NCBI GenBank assembly: GCA_033851875.1
Contig: JAWSVN010000017.1
Location: forward strand, 277-62,410
Source of the DNA: Acidimicrobiales bacterium
GTDB taxonomy: Bacteria; Actinomycetota; Acidimicrobiia; Acidimicrobiales; SZUA-35
Direction: 5' to 3'
Length of the DNA stretch: 62,134 bases
The notes under the pieces are model-generated. The model saw only the letters and a list, made by a program, of their open reading frames with translations. It had not been told where the DNA came from and ran no database searches. Below are positions 39,469 to 49,346 of the stretch, in pieces (position 1 is the stretch's first letter; every line of letters starts with the position of its first letter). Made by a program: the position numbers and the translations under genes.

Positions 39469-41077
39469 GGCCGATCAGATCGAGGTCGGTGCGGCAGGCC
39501 GTCGTCGGACGCAGCTCCGGCGGTGCGATGTCGACCTCGAGGCAGGTGATCCGGGCGCCGCGCCCGTCGATCGTCCACTCGATCGGCACACCGGACGATG
39601 GGTCGATCACGTAGCTCACGTCGCGACCGTTGGCCTCGGCCGCGGCCAGGAGTTCGTGGAGTGCGAAGGGGTCGACCAGCCCCGGCAGCGCAGGGTCGGC
39701 CTGCTGCTCGACCGGCGGGTCGAACTGGCGGGCGGCCGTGCCGTCCGGCACGAGGATCAAGGGGACCTCGTCGCCGTCGCAGCCATCACAGATCGGCTCG
39801 ATCGTCTGGTAGACGAAGGGAAGGATGGCGACGGCGTCGAAGAGCGACTTGGCAGCGCCGAGGTCGCCGCCGATCGTGTTGGTCTGTTCGGCCGGATCGA
39901 GCAGCGGCGCCGTCCCGGCCCCGCCGACTCCGGCCTCACCGCAGACGATCGAGGTCGCCTCGCCGGAGCCGCCGACGACGTCGAGCACGTAGGTGGCGAG
40001 GTCGCCGGTGGCGCCGAAGTCGGCGAAGGAGTTCACGAAGTCCGGGTCGGACACGGTGACGCCGCGATCGAACATGGCGAGGATGTAGGCGCCGGTGACC
40101 GACGGTGCGCCGTCGACGCCGGCCGGCTCACTGCGGTAGCGCACGTCGTCACCGACCCGCACTTCTGCGCGGTATCCGGGCTCGAGTCCGCTCCACTGCA
40201 CCTCGACGCTCCGGGTCGCTGGCAGGGCTCGGCAGATCACCGACGCCGGGTCGGCGACGGGCAACGATGCGAGGCCGACGCCGAAGCCGAGCTGCTCGTG
40301 GAGCACGGCGCTCGGCGCCCCGAACGGGTAGGTCACCCCGCTGAGGGTGGTGGCCGGCACCGGGCCGCCGACCAGGTCGCTCGACAGCGGCGCGTCGGGG
40401 TCGATCGCACACTCGGCGCCGACGACGCCGTCGACGGCGTCGGGCGCCGGCCCGAAGACGGTGATGACGGTGGCCCCGCCCGCCTCGCGGCGGTCGACCA
40501 CGAGGTCGGCGTGGTCGACGCAGGCCTCGACCACGAGCTGATCGCCCGACAGTTCGAAGGCGACGGGACGCAGATCGTTGACCGTTGCGTTCACGGCCAC
40601 ACACGGCACGAACAACCCATCGCTGCCGACCAGCCAGGTCGGCAGCGGGGTGCCGAGCGACTCGATCGTGACGGTGCCGGCCGCGGTCTCGACCGACCCG
40701 GCGTCGGCGTCGTCCGGGGTGAACACGACCGAGTCGCAGCGATAACGCAGTTCTCGTTCCTCGACGTCGTCGGCCTCGAGACGCTCACCGGTGTCGGTCC
40801 CGATCGACCCGGCGACGTCGGCCGACTCGTCGTCGGCCTGGTCGGCCTGGTCGGCGTCGCTGCCGCCGCCGGTGCAGGCACCGGCCACGAACGCGAGCGC
40901 CATCAGCACTACGGCCAGGGCGCCGGCGGGCGCGCAACGGACCCGACCGGAGCCGGTCGGGTCCGCCTGCGTTGGGCGCGTAGCGTCGCTACACCGGAGG
41001 CAAGAGGAGGGCAGCGACGCCCGTCGGGTGATGACCACTCCGACAGCTCTCAGGTTCGACTCGAGCCACGCCGTCAT
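39464..41077 (-). CDS. secreted Cys-rich lipoprotein/anchored protein, hypothetical
   Basis: Signal/lipobox-like ALAVVLMALAFVAGAC followed by an acidic linker. The mature part contains many Cys. The start is uncertain (ATG 41077 or GTG 41038). It lies 16 nt downstream of sufC paralogue 1. Confidence 0.55.
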   Translation of the reverse strand: MTAWLESNLRAVGVVITRRASLPSSCLRCSDATRPTQADPTGSGRVRCAPAGALAVVLMALAFVAGACTGGGSDADQADQADDESADVAGSIGTDTGERLEADDVEERELRYRCDSVVFTPDDADAGSVETAAGTVTIESLGTPLPTWLVGSDGLFVPCVAVNATVNDLRPVAFELSGDQLVVEACVDHADLVVDRREAGGATVITVFGPAPDAVDGVVGAECAIDPDAPLSSDLVGGPVPATTLSGVTYPFGAPSAVLHEQLGFGVGLASLPVADPASVICRALPATRSVEVQWSGLEPGYRAEVRVGDDVRYRSEPAGVDGAPSVTGAYILAMFDRGVTVSDPDFVNSFADFGATGDLATYVLDVVGGSGEATSIVCGEAGVGGAGTAPLLDPAEQTNTIGGDLGAAKSLFDAVAILPFVYQTIEPICDGCDGDEVPLILVPDGTAARQFDPPVEQQADPALPGLVDPFALHELLAAAEANGRDVSYVIDPSSGVPIEWTIDGRGARITCLEVDIAPPELRPTTACRTDLDLIGR

Positions 41078-41092
41078 TAGCCCGGATCCCGA

Positions 41093-41938
41093 TCAGGCGA
41101 GGGGGTCGGCGAACGGGTCGTCGGCGAAGGGGCCGCTCCCGATCAACGAGGCGCCGTGCGTCGTACCGGTGGCCGACGCGAACGGCGATGACTCCGCGGC
41201 GTTGGGCTCGGCTTCGGCATAGCCGGCGTAGCCGGTCTCCTCGAGCTGGATTGCCAGCTCGGGGCCCCCGCTCTCCTGGATCTTGCCCCGGGCCAACACG
41301 TGGACCCGGTCGGGCCGCAGCTCGGTGAGCAGCCGGGCGTAGTGGGTGATGACGAGCACCCCGAGGCCCGACTCCTCGGTCGCCGCCTCGACCCGCTGCG
41401 ACACCATGCGCAGGGCGTCGACGTCGAGGCCGGAGTCGAGCTCGTCGAGGATGGCGATCCTGGGCGACAGCACGCCGAGCTGGAGGGTCTCGTTGCGCTT
41501 CTTCTCGCCGCCCGAGAGATCGACGTTGAGGGGCCGGGACAAGAAGCGCTCGTCGAAGCCGATGCGGGCGGCCTCGACGCTCATCGACGCCACCAGGTCG
41601 TCGGTCGGGCGGTCGGACGCGGCGAACGAGGCTCGCAGCACGTCGTCGAGCGACACGCCGGGCACTTCGGTCGGGTACTGCATCGCGAGGAACAAACCGG
41701 CCTGGGCCCGCTGCCAGGTGGGCAGGGTCAGGAGATCGACACCGTCGAGGGTGACCGAACCGCCGGTCACCTCGTAGCCCGGCTTGCCCATCAGGACGTG
41801 CGACAGGGTCGACTTGCCGGCGCCGTTCGGGCCCATCACGGCGTGGACCTCGCCGGAGGCGATCGTCAGGTCGACGCCGTCGAGGATGGGTTTGCCGGCC
41901 ACGGTGGCGGTCAGGCCGCTGATGACGAGTTCACTCAT
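41093..41938 (-). CDS. sufC: Fe-S cluster assembly ATPase SufC (paralogue 1) with C-terminal extension
   Basis: ATG at 41938, 281 aa. Contains GPNGAGKST, LSGGEKKRNE and ILDELDSGLD. An extra ~35-aa tail (..SSPFASATGTTHGASLIGSGPFADDPFADPLA) follows. Confidence 0.9.
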   Translation of the reverse strand: MSELVISGLTATVAGKPILDGVDLTIASGEVHAVMGPNGAGKSTLSHVLMGKPGYEVTGGSVTLDGVDLLTLPTWQRAQAGLFLAMQYPTEVPGVSLDDVLRASFAASDRPTDDLVASMSVEAARIGFDERFLSRPLNVDLSGGEKKRNETLQLGVLSPRIAILDELDSGLDVDALRMVSQRVEAATEESGLGVLVITHYARLLTELRPDRVHVLARGKIQESGGPELAIQLEETGYAGYAEAEPNAAESSPFASATGTTHGASLIGSGPFADDPFADPLA

Positions 41939-41969
41939 GTGCTTCTCGGCCTTTCTCAGGAGCGGGGTC

Positions 41970-42317
41970 TCAGGAACGGGGACGGGCGAAGGCGACGCCG
42001 TCGACGACGTGGACGTCGTAGACCGGCACCGGCTTGGTGGCGGGCAAGCACTCGGGCTCACCTGTCGTCAGGGAGAACAAGGCGCCGTGCTTCCAGCACT
42101 CGATCGTGCAGTCGGCGGCGTCGACCTCGCCCTCGCTGAGGGAGAAGTCGGCGTGGGAGCAGCGATCGCTCACGGCGTGGAGCTGGTCGCCGAAGCGGAC
42201 CACGGCGAGGCGTTCGGTCGTGACGCCATCGTCGGCGCCGTCGACGGGCGCTGCGTCGACCGCGGTGGCCGTGCCGTCGGCGAAGCCGTCGGCCGGGCCG
42301 AGCCGGAGCTCGCTCAT
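41970..42317 (-). CDS. Rieske [2Fe-2S] ferredoxin-like protein
   Basis: 115 aa with the Rieske ligand motifs CSHADFS (CxH) and CWKHGALF (CxxH). Its start overlaps the sufD stop. Confidence 0.85.
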   Translation of the reverse strand: MSELRLGPADGFADGTATAVDAAPVDGADDGVTTERLAVVRFGDQLHAVSDRCSHADFSLSEGEVDAADCTIECWKHGALFSLTTGEPECLPATKPVPVYDVHVVDGVAFARPRS

Positions 42318-43498
42318 GCGCCCCGCCCCTCGAGCTTGGCGGCCACCTGGGCGGCCACCTCGTCACGCACCGACGCCAAGTCGAACCGGGCGAGTGCCTC
42401 GGCGAAGAACCCGCCGACGATGAGGCGGTCGGCGACCGCCGGGGGCACACCGCGACCCTGGAGGTAGAACTGCTGGTCCTCGTCGACCGGGCTCACGGTC
42501 GAGGCGTGGCTGCAGCGCACGTCGTTGTGCTCGATCTCGAGGTTGGGCACCGACCAGGCCCAGGCGTCGTCGCTGAGCTTGATGTTGCGGTTGGTCTGGT
42601 GGGCGTTGGACCCCGCACCGTCGGGATGGATCTTGATCAGGCCCGTGTAGATCGAGCCGGAGGTGTCGTCGACGGCACCCTTGAAGAGCAGATCGGAGTA
42701 GGTGTCACGAGCCCGGTGGTGCTGGAACGTCCGGAAGTCGATCACCTGCGAGCCGTCGCCGTAGCTGACCGCGGCCAGCTCACCGGTGGCACCGCGGCCG
42801 ATCAGGTCGGTGTCGACCCGCTGGCGGGCGTAGCGACCGCCGAACGCGGCGAAGGTGGCCGACACGGTGGCCTGGGCGTCGGCAGCGCCGAGCTGGCGTC
42901 CGAGCATCCAGGTCTCCTCGCCGAGCTCTTGCACCACCGCGTAGCGGAGGCGGGCGGCCGGGCCGGCCACGAGCTCGCAACGGGGCAGGTAGATCGCGGC
43001 GCCGTCGGATCCCGGCGCGGCCGTCTGAGTGGCCACGACGCTGACGCCGGCACCGTCACCGGCCCGCACGACGAGGTGGGAGGCGGCGAGCGTGCTGCCT
43101 CCCGACAGGCGCTCGGTCACCAGGATCGGCTCGCTCAGCTCGACCCCTCGGGGCACGTCGATCACGACCACGGCGCTGAGCTGTCGAGCGTGGAGGTCGT
43201 CGAACGCCGTCGGCTCGGGCACCGGCAACAGCTCGCCGGCCTCGGAGGCCGGCACCGCGGCGATGGTCACGCCCTTGGCGGCCCAACCGTCGTCGAGGTC
43301 GATACCGGCCACATGACCGTCGACCAAGGCGACCAGCGCAGCTGCCTCGGCCGGACGTTCGACCGGCAAGCCGCCGCCGGGGGCCGCTGCCGGGGCGAAG
43401 CGGGCAAGGTCGAGATCGGCGATCGGGCTGTAGCGCCAGGCCTCGGCCTCGGCCGTGGGCAGCGGGTGCTCGGTGTCGAGCGCGAGTTCGTTCGTCAC
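42314..43498 (-). CDS. sufD: Fe-S cluster assembly protein SufD
   Basis: 394 aa from GTG 43498. The N-terminus LPT..EAWRYS and the C-terminal beta-helix region are typical of SufD. Confidence 0.9.
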   Translation of the reverse strand: MTNELALDTEHPLPTAEAEAWRYSPIADLDLARFAPAAAPGGGLPVERPAEAAALVALVDGHVAGIDLDDGWAAKGVTIAAVPASEAGELLPVPEPTAFDDLHARQLSAVVVIDVPRGVELSEPILVTERLSGGSTLAASHLVVRAGDGAGVSVVATQTAAPGSDGAAIYLPRCELVAGPAARLRYAVVQELGEETWMLGRQLGAADAQATVSATFAAFGGRYARQRVDTDLIGRGATGELAAVSYGDGSQVIDFRTFQHHRARDTYSDLLFKGAVDDTSGSIYTGLIKIHPDGAGSNAHQTNRNIKLSDDAWAWSVPNLEIEHNDVRCSHASTVSPVDEDQQFYLQGRGVPPAVADRLIVGGFFAEALARFDLASVRDEVAAQVAAKLEGRGA

Positions 43499-43501
43499 CC
43501 C

Positions 43502-43528
43502 AATAACACTATCGCCGTAGGAGAAATT
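43502..43528 (-). promoter_or_regulatory. conserved suf-associated motif, copy 2 (abutting the sufD start)
   Basis: Minus strand reads AATTTCTCCTACGGCGATAGTGTTATT and ends 3 nt before the GTG at 43498. TAGTGT (TANNNT) lies 7 nt before the GTG. Confidence 0.6.
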
Positions 43529-43562
43529 CTGGCCGGTCGGAAGCGTCGATCCGTCCCTCGTT

Positions 43563-43913
43563 CTACCGACCGAAGGGCCACCATTTCGAGCGCTTGCGCT
43601 GGCGGCGAGCCTTCTCGGACTCGAACTCGGCGCGGATGTCGGGGCCGGCCGCGTTGATGATGTCCTCGGCCTGATCGAGCAGGGCCGCCACGCTCGGGTC
43701 GTCGCCGACGCTCGCCGGCGCGTCGGGCGTCTGGGGCGTCACGAGCGACCCGTGGCGCCAGTTGACGTCGGCCATGCGCCGCTCGAACCCCGTGCAGTCG
43801 TCGGGACAGGCCCACGGCGCCTCGGGGGCCAGGTCGAGCGCGCACTTCCGCATCGTGTCGCCGGTGGGGTACGAGCGACTCTGGAAGTGCTTGCAGTCCT
43901 GGCGCATGGGCAT
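43563..43913 (-). CDS. small Cys-containing hypothetical protein (116 aa)
   Basis: ATG at 43913, inside the 331-aa track ORF. Four Cys lie in the first 40 aa (C7, C24, C35, C40), and the C-terminus is basic (KARRQRKRSKWWPFGR). Confidence 0.5.
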   Translation of the reverse strand: MPMRQDCKHFQSRSYPTGDTMRKCALDLAPEAPWACPDDCTGFERRMADVNWRHGSLVTPQTPDAPASVGDDPSVAALLDQAEDIINAAGPDIRAEFESEKARRQRKRSKWWPFGR

Positions 43914-43940
43914 GGCTCCAATTGTGCCATCCTTCGGGGC

Positions 43941-44648
43941 ATGGCTACGCCTCACCTCCGCGCCGAACCCGGTGACTACGCCTCGACCGTGCTGATGCCG
44001 GGCGACCCGCTCCGGGCCAAGTACATCGCCGAGACGTTCCTCGACGACGTGCGCCAAGTGAACGACGTGCGCAACATGCTCGGCTACACCGGCAGCTTCG
44101 ACGGCAGGCCGATCTCGGTCCAGGGATCGGGCATGGGCGTGCCGTCGTTCCAGATCTACGCCACCGAGCTCGTGAGGGAGTTCGGGGTCGACACGATCGT
44201 GCGGGTCGGATCCTGCGGCGCCCTCCAGGCCCACCTCGAACTCGGAGACGTGATCGTGGCGATCGGGGCCGGCACCGACTCGATGGTCAACCGGGCCCGT
44301 CTCCAGGGCCGCGACCTGGCGGCCGTCGCCAGTTGGAAGCTGCTTCGAGCGACGGTCGAGGCGGCCGAGACCCGCGGGGTGGCGGCCAAGGTGGGCACCC
44401 TGTTCACCTCCGACTTCTTCTACGATCCGGCCGAGCCTCCCTTCGAGCTGTTGGAGCGCTACGGCTACCTGGCGGTGGAGATGGAAGCCGCCGGGCTCTA
44501 CGGGCTGGCCGCCGAACTCGGCATCGACGCTCTGGCCGTGTGCACGGTCAGCGACCACATCAAGACCGGCGCGGCGATGAGCGCGGAGGACCGACAGACG
44601 ACCTTCGACGACATGATGCGGGTCGTCCTGGCGGCGCTCACTTCCTGA
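43941..44648 (+). CDS. deoD: purine nucleoside phosphorylase, DeoD type
   Basis: ATG at 43941, 235 aa. Contains MPGDPLRAKYIAE, SVQGSGMGVPS, VGSCGAL and VEMEAAGLY. Confidence 0.9.
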   Translation: MATPHLRAEPGDYASTVLMPGDPLRAKYIAETFLDDVRQVNDVRNMLGYTGSFDGRPISVQGSGMGVPSFQIYATELVREFGVDTIVRVGSCGALQAHLELGDVIVAIGAGTDSMVNRARLQGRDLAAVASWKLLRATVEAAETRGVAAKVGTLFTSDFFYDPAEPPFELLERYGYLAVEMEAAGLYGLAAELGIDALAVCTVSDHIKTGAAMSAEDRQTTFDDMMRVVLAALTS

Positions 44649-44651
44649 TCT

Positions 44652-45854
44652 TCAGCCGACGCTGAACTCCACCCGCCGGTTGACGGCGCGGCCCTCGGGG
44701 GTGGCGTTGTCGGCGATCGGGCCGGCCTCGCCCGCACCGCGGGCGACGAGACGGTCGGCGGCGATGCCGGCGTCGATGAGGGCGTCGACGACCGCGTCGG
44801 CCTGACGCTGGGTGAAGTCCAAATTGGCGGCCGCACTCCCCCGGTCGTCGGTGAACACCGTCACCACGATCACGGCGTCGGGCCGGGCTCGTAGCCGGTC
44901 GGCGACCTGGTCGACGAGGCGACGCCCAGCGGTCGACAGCTCGGGAGTGCCCTCGACGAAGTCGACCCCGACGCCGAGGCCGCCATCGAAGGCGAGGGCC
45001 AGCGCGGCTGCGTCGGTCAGGTCGAGGGTGACGTCGGCCCCGAGCGCGACCATCGCCTGCTCGGCCCGGTCGAGGGCGGCCGGGTCGGGAGCACGGGCGT
45101 CGAGCTGCCAGCGGTCGCCGTCGATGCTGAGCGAACCGGCGACCAGGTCGCCGCGGTCGACGAGGGCATCGACGGCGAGGAGCAGGTCGGCCAGGCCCGG
45201 CGGGGTGGCCACCGTGGGATCGAGACGGACGCCCTCGACTCCGAAGCCACTCAGCGCTTCGGCCAGCCGGAGGCCGGCGACGCCCTCGCCCCAATGACCG
45301 TCAAGGTCCCAGTCGAGCGAGAAGTCGGCGTCGTCGCCGGCGACGATCTCGATGTCGACCGCCTCGACCCCCGTCGTCGTCGCCAGGCGGGCGGTCACGG
45401 CGTCGGCCGTCTCGGCGTCGGGGGCCTGCAGCACGAGCGTCCAGCCGTCGTCGGCGAGCACGGCGGCGCCGGCCGGCAGGGTACGGACCAGCAGCGGGAT
45501 CGCCTGGGTCGCGGTCGTCGGGGCGGCGAGCGGCGGCACGTTGCCCGAGCCCACCAGGTCAGGGCCCGGGTCCGCTCCGAGCGCGAGGAGGACGGCGTCT
45601 CGATCCGGCGGGGCGAGGTCGACGGCCGCGATGTCGAGCCGGTCGGCCTCCCACGACAGGGCCATCGAGGGCGCCATCGAGGGCGCTCCCGTCGGCGCCG
45701 CCACCTCGGGCGTCTCGGTCGCCGGGCGTGGCGCCCGGTCGGCGGCTCCGGTCAACCAGAGGCCGACGCTCACCGCCAGGGCAGCAGAGCCGGTGGCGAC
45801 CACGCCGCCGATCGCGGCCCGTGCCAGCAGTTGCCCGGTGGTCGCCGTCCGCAC
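44652..45854 (-). CDS. OmpA-family peptidoglycan-binding protein with N-terminal membrane anchor
   Basis: 400 aa. The C-terminal OmpA-like domain reads FTDDRGSAAANLDFTQRQADAVVDALI..NRRVEF. Confidence 0.8.
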   Translation of the reverse strand: MRTATTGQLLARAAIGGVVATGSAALAVSVGLWLTGAADRAPRPATETPEVAAPTGAPSMAPSMALSWEADRLDIAAVDLAPPDRDAVLLALGADPGPDLVGSGNVPPLAAPTTATQAIPLLVRTLPAGAAVLADDGWTLVLQAPDAETADAVTARLATTTGVEAVDIEIVAGDDADFSLDWDLDGHWGEGVAGLRLAEALSGFGVEGVRLDPTVATPPGLADLLLAVDALVDRGDLVAGSLSIDGDRWQLDARAPDPAALDRAEQAMVALGADVTLDLTDAAALALAFDGGLGVGVDFVEGTPELSTAGRRLVDQVADRLRARPDAVIVVTVFTDDRGSAAANLDFTQRQADAVVDALIDAGIAADRLVARGAGEAGPIADNATPEGRAVNRRVEFSVG

Positions 45855-45957
45855 GCCGCGATGCTACTCCGGGGTCGCCGAGGGCCGGGGTACCGCACGC
45901 CGACGAGGAGACGACCTACAGTCGATCGGGTCCCCACACCCTCCAGGAGGATTCATC

Positions 45958-46143
45958 ATGGGTATTTTCGACAAGGCCAAGGATCTCGCCGAGAACGTCG
46001 ACGCCGACGCACTGGTCGACAAGGCACAGGACGTGGTCGAGGAGCACGGCGACAAGCTGCCGGGCGGCCTCGGCGACAAGGCCGCCGACCTGCTCGACAA
46101 GGCCGAAGGCCTCACCGACAAGCTTCCCGGCCAGGGCGACTGA
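45958..46143 (+). CDS. MT0933/Rv0909-like small protein (annotated antitoxin-like family)
   Basis: 61 aa. AGGAGG sits 7 nt upstream of the ATG. MGIFDKAKDLAENV..DKAQD..GDKAADLLDKAEG is typical of this family (from memory). Confidence 0.7.
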   Translation: MGIFDKAKDLAENVDADALVDKAQDVVEEHGDKLPGGLGDKAADLLDKAEGLTDKLPGQGD

Positions 46144-46167
46144 CCGAGGAGCGGTTGGGGGATTCGG

Positions 46168-47571
46168 TCAGCCGACCGAACCCTCCATCTGCAGCTCGAT
46201 CAGGCGGCTCCACTCCACGGCGTACTCCATCGGGAGCGTGCGGGTGACGGGCTCGATGAAGCCGTTGACGACCATGCCGATCGCCTGCTCCTCGGAGAGA
46301 CCGCGGCTCATCAGGTAGAAGAGCTGCTCATCCGCGACCTTCGACACGGTGGCCTCGTGGCCGATCTGGGCGTCGTGAGAGCCGATCTCCATGTAGGGGT
46401 AGGTGTCGCTGATCGAGTCGTCGTCGAGGATCAGGGCGTCGCACTGCACGTGACTCTTGCACCCGTAGGCGCCGTCCTCCACCCGCACCAGGCCGCGGTA
46501 GCTGGAGCGACCGCCGTCCTTGGAGATCGACTTCGAGACGATCTTCGAGGTGGTTTCCGGGGCGGCGTGCACCATCTTGGCGCCGGTGTCCTGGTGCTGG
46601 CCGCCGCCGGCGTAGGCCACCGAGAGCACCTCGCCGGTCGCCTTGGGGCCGGCCAGCCAGACGGCCGGGTACTTCATCGTGAGGCGTGAACCGATATTGC
46701 CGTCGATCCACTCCATGTGGCCCTCGGCCTCGACGTAGGCCCGCTTGGTGACCAGGTTGAACACGTTCGACGACCAGTTCTGGATCGTGGTGTAGGTGAC
46801 GTGGGCCTGGGGCTTCACCACGATCTCGACCACGGCCGAGTGGAGCGAGTCGGAGGTGTAGACGGGGGCCGAGCAGCCCTCGATGTAGTGCACCTTCGAG
46901 CCCTCGTCCGCGATGATCAGGGTGCGCTCGAACTGGCCCATGTTCTCCGCGTTGATGCGGAAGTAGGCCTGGAGCGGCATCTCGACTTCGACACCCGGCG
47001 GCACGTAGATGAACGAGCCGCCCGACCACACCGAGGTGTTGAGGGCGGAGAACTTGTTGTCGTTGGGCGGGATGATCTTGCCGAAGTACGGCTTGACGAT
47101 CTCGGGGTACTCCCGCAGGGCGGTGTCCATGTCGGTGAACAGGACGCCCTGACGCTCGAGGTCCTCACGGTTGCGGTGGAAGACCACCTCGGACTCGTAC
47201 TGCGCGGTGACGCCGGCCAGGTACTTGCGCTCGGCCTCGGGAATGCCCAGCTTCTCGTAGGTGTCCTTGATCGCGTCCGGGAGGTCGTCCCAGGAGTCGA
47301 CCTGACCCTCGGTCGGCTTGATGTAGTAGAAGATGTCGTCGAAGTAGATCTCCGACATGTCGCCGCCCCAGTCGGGCATCGGCCGCTTGGTGAAGTTGCG
47401 GTACGACTTCAACCGGAAGTCGATCATCCAGTCGGGTTCGCCCTTCATCCACGACATCTCGCGGATGATCTCCTCGTTCAGCCCCTTCTTGGGCTTGTAG
47501 ACGTAGTCCTCTTCGTCGCTCCAGCCGAGCTTGTAGCGACCGAGATCGAGGGAATCGGGAGTGACCGTCAC
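46168..47571 (-). CDS. sufB: Fe-S cluster assembly protein SufB
   Basis: SufB sequence throughout. The preferred start is GTG 47571, 7 nt after AGGAGG. The longest ORF starts at GTG 47613. Confidence 0.9.
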   Translation of the reverse strand: MTVTPDSLDLGRYKLGWSDEEDYVYKPKKGLNEEIIREMSWMKGEPDWMIDFRLKSYRNFTKRPMPDWGGDMSEIYFDDIFYYIKPTEGQVDSWDDLPDAIKDTYEKLGIPEAERKYLAGVTAQYESEVVFHRNREDLERQGVLFTDMDTALREYPEIVKPYFGKIIPPNDNKFSALNTSVWSGGSFIYVPPGVEVEMPLQAYFRINAENMGQFERTLIIADEGSKVHYIEGCSAPVYTSDSLHSAVVEIVVKPQAHVTYTTIQNWSSNVFNLVTKRAYVEAEGHMEWIDGNIGSRLTMKYPAVWLAGPKATGEVLSVAYAGGGQHQDTGAKMVHAAPETTSKIVSKSISKDGGRSSYRGLVRVEDGAYGCKSHVQCDALILDDDSISDTYPYMEIGSHDAQIGHEATVSKVADEQLFYLMSRGLSEEQAIGMVVNGFIEPVTRTLPMEYAVEWSRLIELQMEGSVG

Positions 47572-47626
47572 GGGGTGACCTCCTGGCGCATCCGGGGCAT
47601 CGTCGGGCGGCACCCGCCGACCGACG

Positions 47627-47654
47627 AATTAACACTATCGCCGTAGGAGGAATT
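47627..47654 (-). promoter_or_regulatory. conserved suf-associated motif, copy 3 (upstream of sufB)
   Basis: Minus strand reads AATTCCTCCTACGGCGATAGTGTTAATT. It lies 55 nt upstream of the SD-preceded GTG at 47571. Confidence 0.6.
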
Positions 47655-47711
47655 GCGCAGCACCCGGCGGGCGGGCGACCACCTGGAGCGAGTCACTGCA
47701 ACCGATTCGCC

Positions 47712-48230
47712 TCAGTCGATCCGCCGCAGCTCGGTCGGGTAGGTCCGAGCCCGCTGGAGATAGGAGGCCACGGCGAGCTCGATCATCTCCGGCATGACCG
47801 AGTCGGGACGGATCTTTGCCGGGATGCCGAGCGCCATCGCCCCGGCCGGCACCTCGGTGTCGTTGGTGACCACGGCGTTGGATCCTACGAGAGCACCGGA
47901 TCGCACGATCGCCCGATGGAGCACCACCGAGCCGTTGCCGACCAGCGAGCCGCTCTCGATCGTGCAGCCCTCGAGGTGCACGATATGGCCGACCACGCAG
48001 TCGTCGCCGACGATCGTCGGCCACTGCGGGGTGGTGTGGAGCACCGAGCCGTCTTGGATCGAGGTGCGGGCCCCGATGCTGATGTAGCCCTCGTCACCGC
48101 GCAGCACGGCGCACGGCCAGATCGACGCTTCCGCACCGATGCGGACGTCGCCGATGATCACCGCCTCCGGGTGGACGAAGGCGCTGGAGTCGATCGTGGG
48201 TTCGCGGTCACCGAGGGCGTAGATGGGCAC
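47712..48230 (-). CDS. gamma carbonic anhydrase-like / hexapeptide-repeat (LbH) protein
   Basis: 172 aa. FVHPEAVIIGDVRIG..SIWPCAVLRGD..IGARTSIQDGSVLH shows left-handed beta-helix repeats. Confidence 0.85.
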   Translation of the reverse strand: MPIYALGDREPTIDSSAFVHPEAVIIGDVRIGAEASIWPCAVLRGDEGYISIGARTSIQDGSVLHTTPQWPTIVGDDCVVGHIVHLEGCTIESGSLVGNGSVVLHRAIVRSGALVGSNAVVTNDTEVPAGAMALGIPAKIRPDSVMPEMIELAVASYLQRARTYPTELRRID

Positions 48231-48242
48231 GTCGCGAGATTC

Positions 48243-49277
48243 TCAGATGACGTCGCGAATGTCCATCACGAGGGCGGTGAGCGACAGCACCACGAGGGCA
48301 CCGATCGTCACGTACGCCACCGGCTCCAGCCGCCGCACGTCGAAGCGCAGGCTACGATCACGGCGCACCCACTGGGCCACCTTCTCCGACACGGCGACCA
48401 TCGCATGCGAACCGTCGAGCGGGGGCAGGGGCACCAGGTTGAGGGCGCCGATGGCGACGCTCAGAATGCCGAACCACTGGAGCGAGCGGGCCCACCCGGC
48501 GGCGACAGCCTCACTGGTGACGGTGGCCTGCGACACCGGCGACATGAAGCGGACCGGGGCCTCGGTCGACGGGTCGACGAGGAAGCCGAGGTAGCCGGTG
48601 ATCTGCGACACCCAGGTCCACAGAGCATCACAGGTGGCGGTGATGACGAACCAGGTGTCGTCCCAGCCGCCGAGGAACGAGGACCAGGCGTCCTGACCGG
48701 CCATCGACCGAGCGACCGCGAAGGCGGCGGCGCCGGTGACGAGGTTGACGGCGGGGCCGGCGAGGATCGTGGAGAGCCTTCCCCAGTGGCTGGCCGCCCG
48801 ATACGTGCCCGATTCGCTGACGCCGGCGGGCAGGACCGAGCTCGGGGTCATGCCCCACAGCTTCACGTAGCCGCCGAGGAAGAGGGCTTTGATCCCGTAG
48901 CGGCAGCCGTTGCGCTCGACGGCCACGATCTCGGGGCCGAAACCCCAGAAGAACTCGCTGGGCTCCATGCCGGCTCGGCGGGCGGCGACGAAGTGGCCGC
49001 CCTCGTGGACGAGGATGATCAGCCCGATGAAGCCGAGGAACAGAAGACCACTGGGGGCGTAGAGGCCGAGCGCCGCGAGCGACAACAGCGCCACGAACCC
49101 CCAGAACGGGTCGGCGTCGACGGACGTGCCACCCGAGGTCGACGTGGCGATCCCGCCGACGGCGGCGACCGATGGGGCGGGGGTCGAGGTGGCGGTGGCT
49201 CGGCTCATGCGAAGGTCACTCATGCGAGAGCCAGTTGACCACAGTCCGTGGTCAGCTTCGACACCAACTTGAGCCAT
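48243..49277 (-). CDS. M50 family site-2-protease-like metallopeptidase
   Basis: HEGGHFVAARRAG (HExxH) sits in a TM helix of a polytopic protein. The start is uncertain (49277, 49223 or 49208). Confidence 0.75.
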   Translation of the reverse strand: MAQVGVEADHGLWSTGSRMSDLRMSRATATSTPAPSVAAVGGIATSTSGGTSVDADPFWGFVALLSLAALGLYAPSGLLFLGFIGLIILVHEGGHFVAARRAGMEPSEFFWGFGPEIVAVERNGCRYGIKALFLGGYVKLWGMTPSSVLPAGVSESGTYRAASHWGRLSTILAGPAVNLVTGAAAFAVARSMAGQDAWSSFLGGWDDTWFVITATCDALWTWVSQITGYLGFLVDPSTEAPVRFMSPVSQATVTSEAVAAGWARSLQWFGILSVAIGALNLVPLPPLDGSHAMVAVSEKVAQWVRRDRSLRFDVRRLEPVAYVTIGALVVLSLTALVMDIRDVI

Positions 49278-49346
49278 TGGGGGCGTTTACCCACCGAGGG
49301 TGGTGAGTTGATGGGCGAGCCCGCCCACCGATGACGGCAGGGTCGC

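Noticed and set aside
45958-46143. Possible toxin-antitoxin module, because the product belongs to an antitoxin-named family (MT0933-like)
   Set aside because: No plausible toxin ORF is adjacent. The neighbours are an OmpA-family gene and sufB on the other strand. I treat it as an orphan small stress-type protein.
43502-47654. The 27-nt repeats as attachment-site or target-site duplications of a mobile insertion between sufB and sufD
   Set aside because: No integrase, transposase, tRNA or terminal inverted repeats are present. The repeats bracket sufB itself and not just the inserted genes. A third copy sits upstream of sufC-sufS-sufU in the transcription orientation. A regulatory motif fits better.
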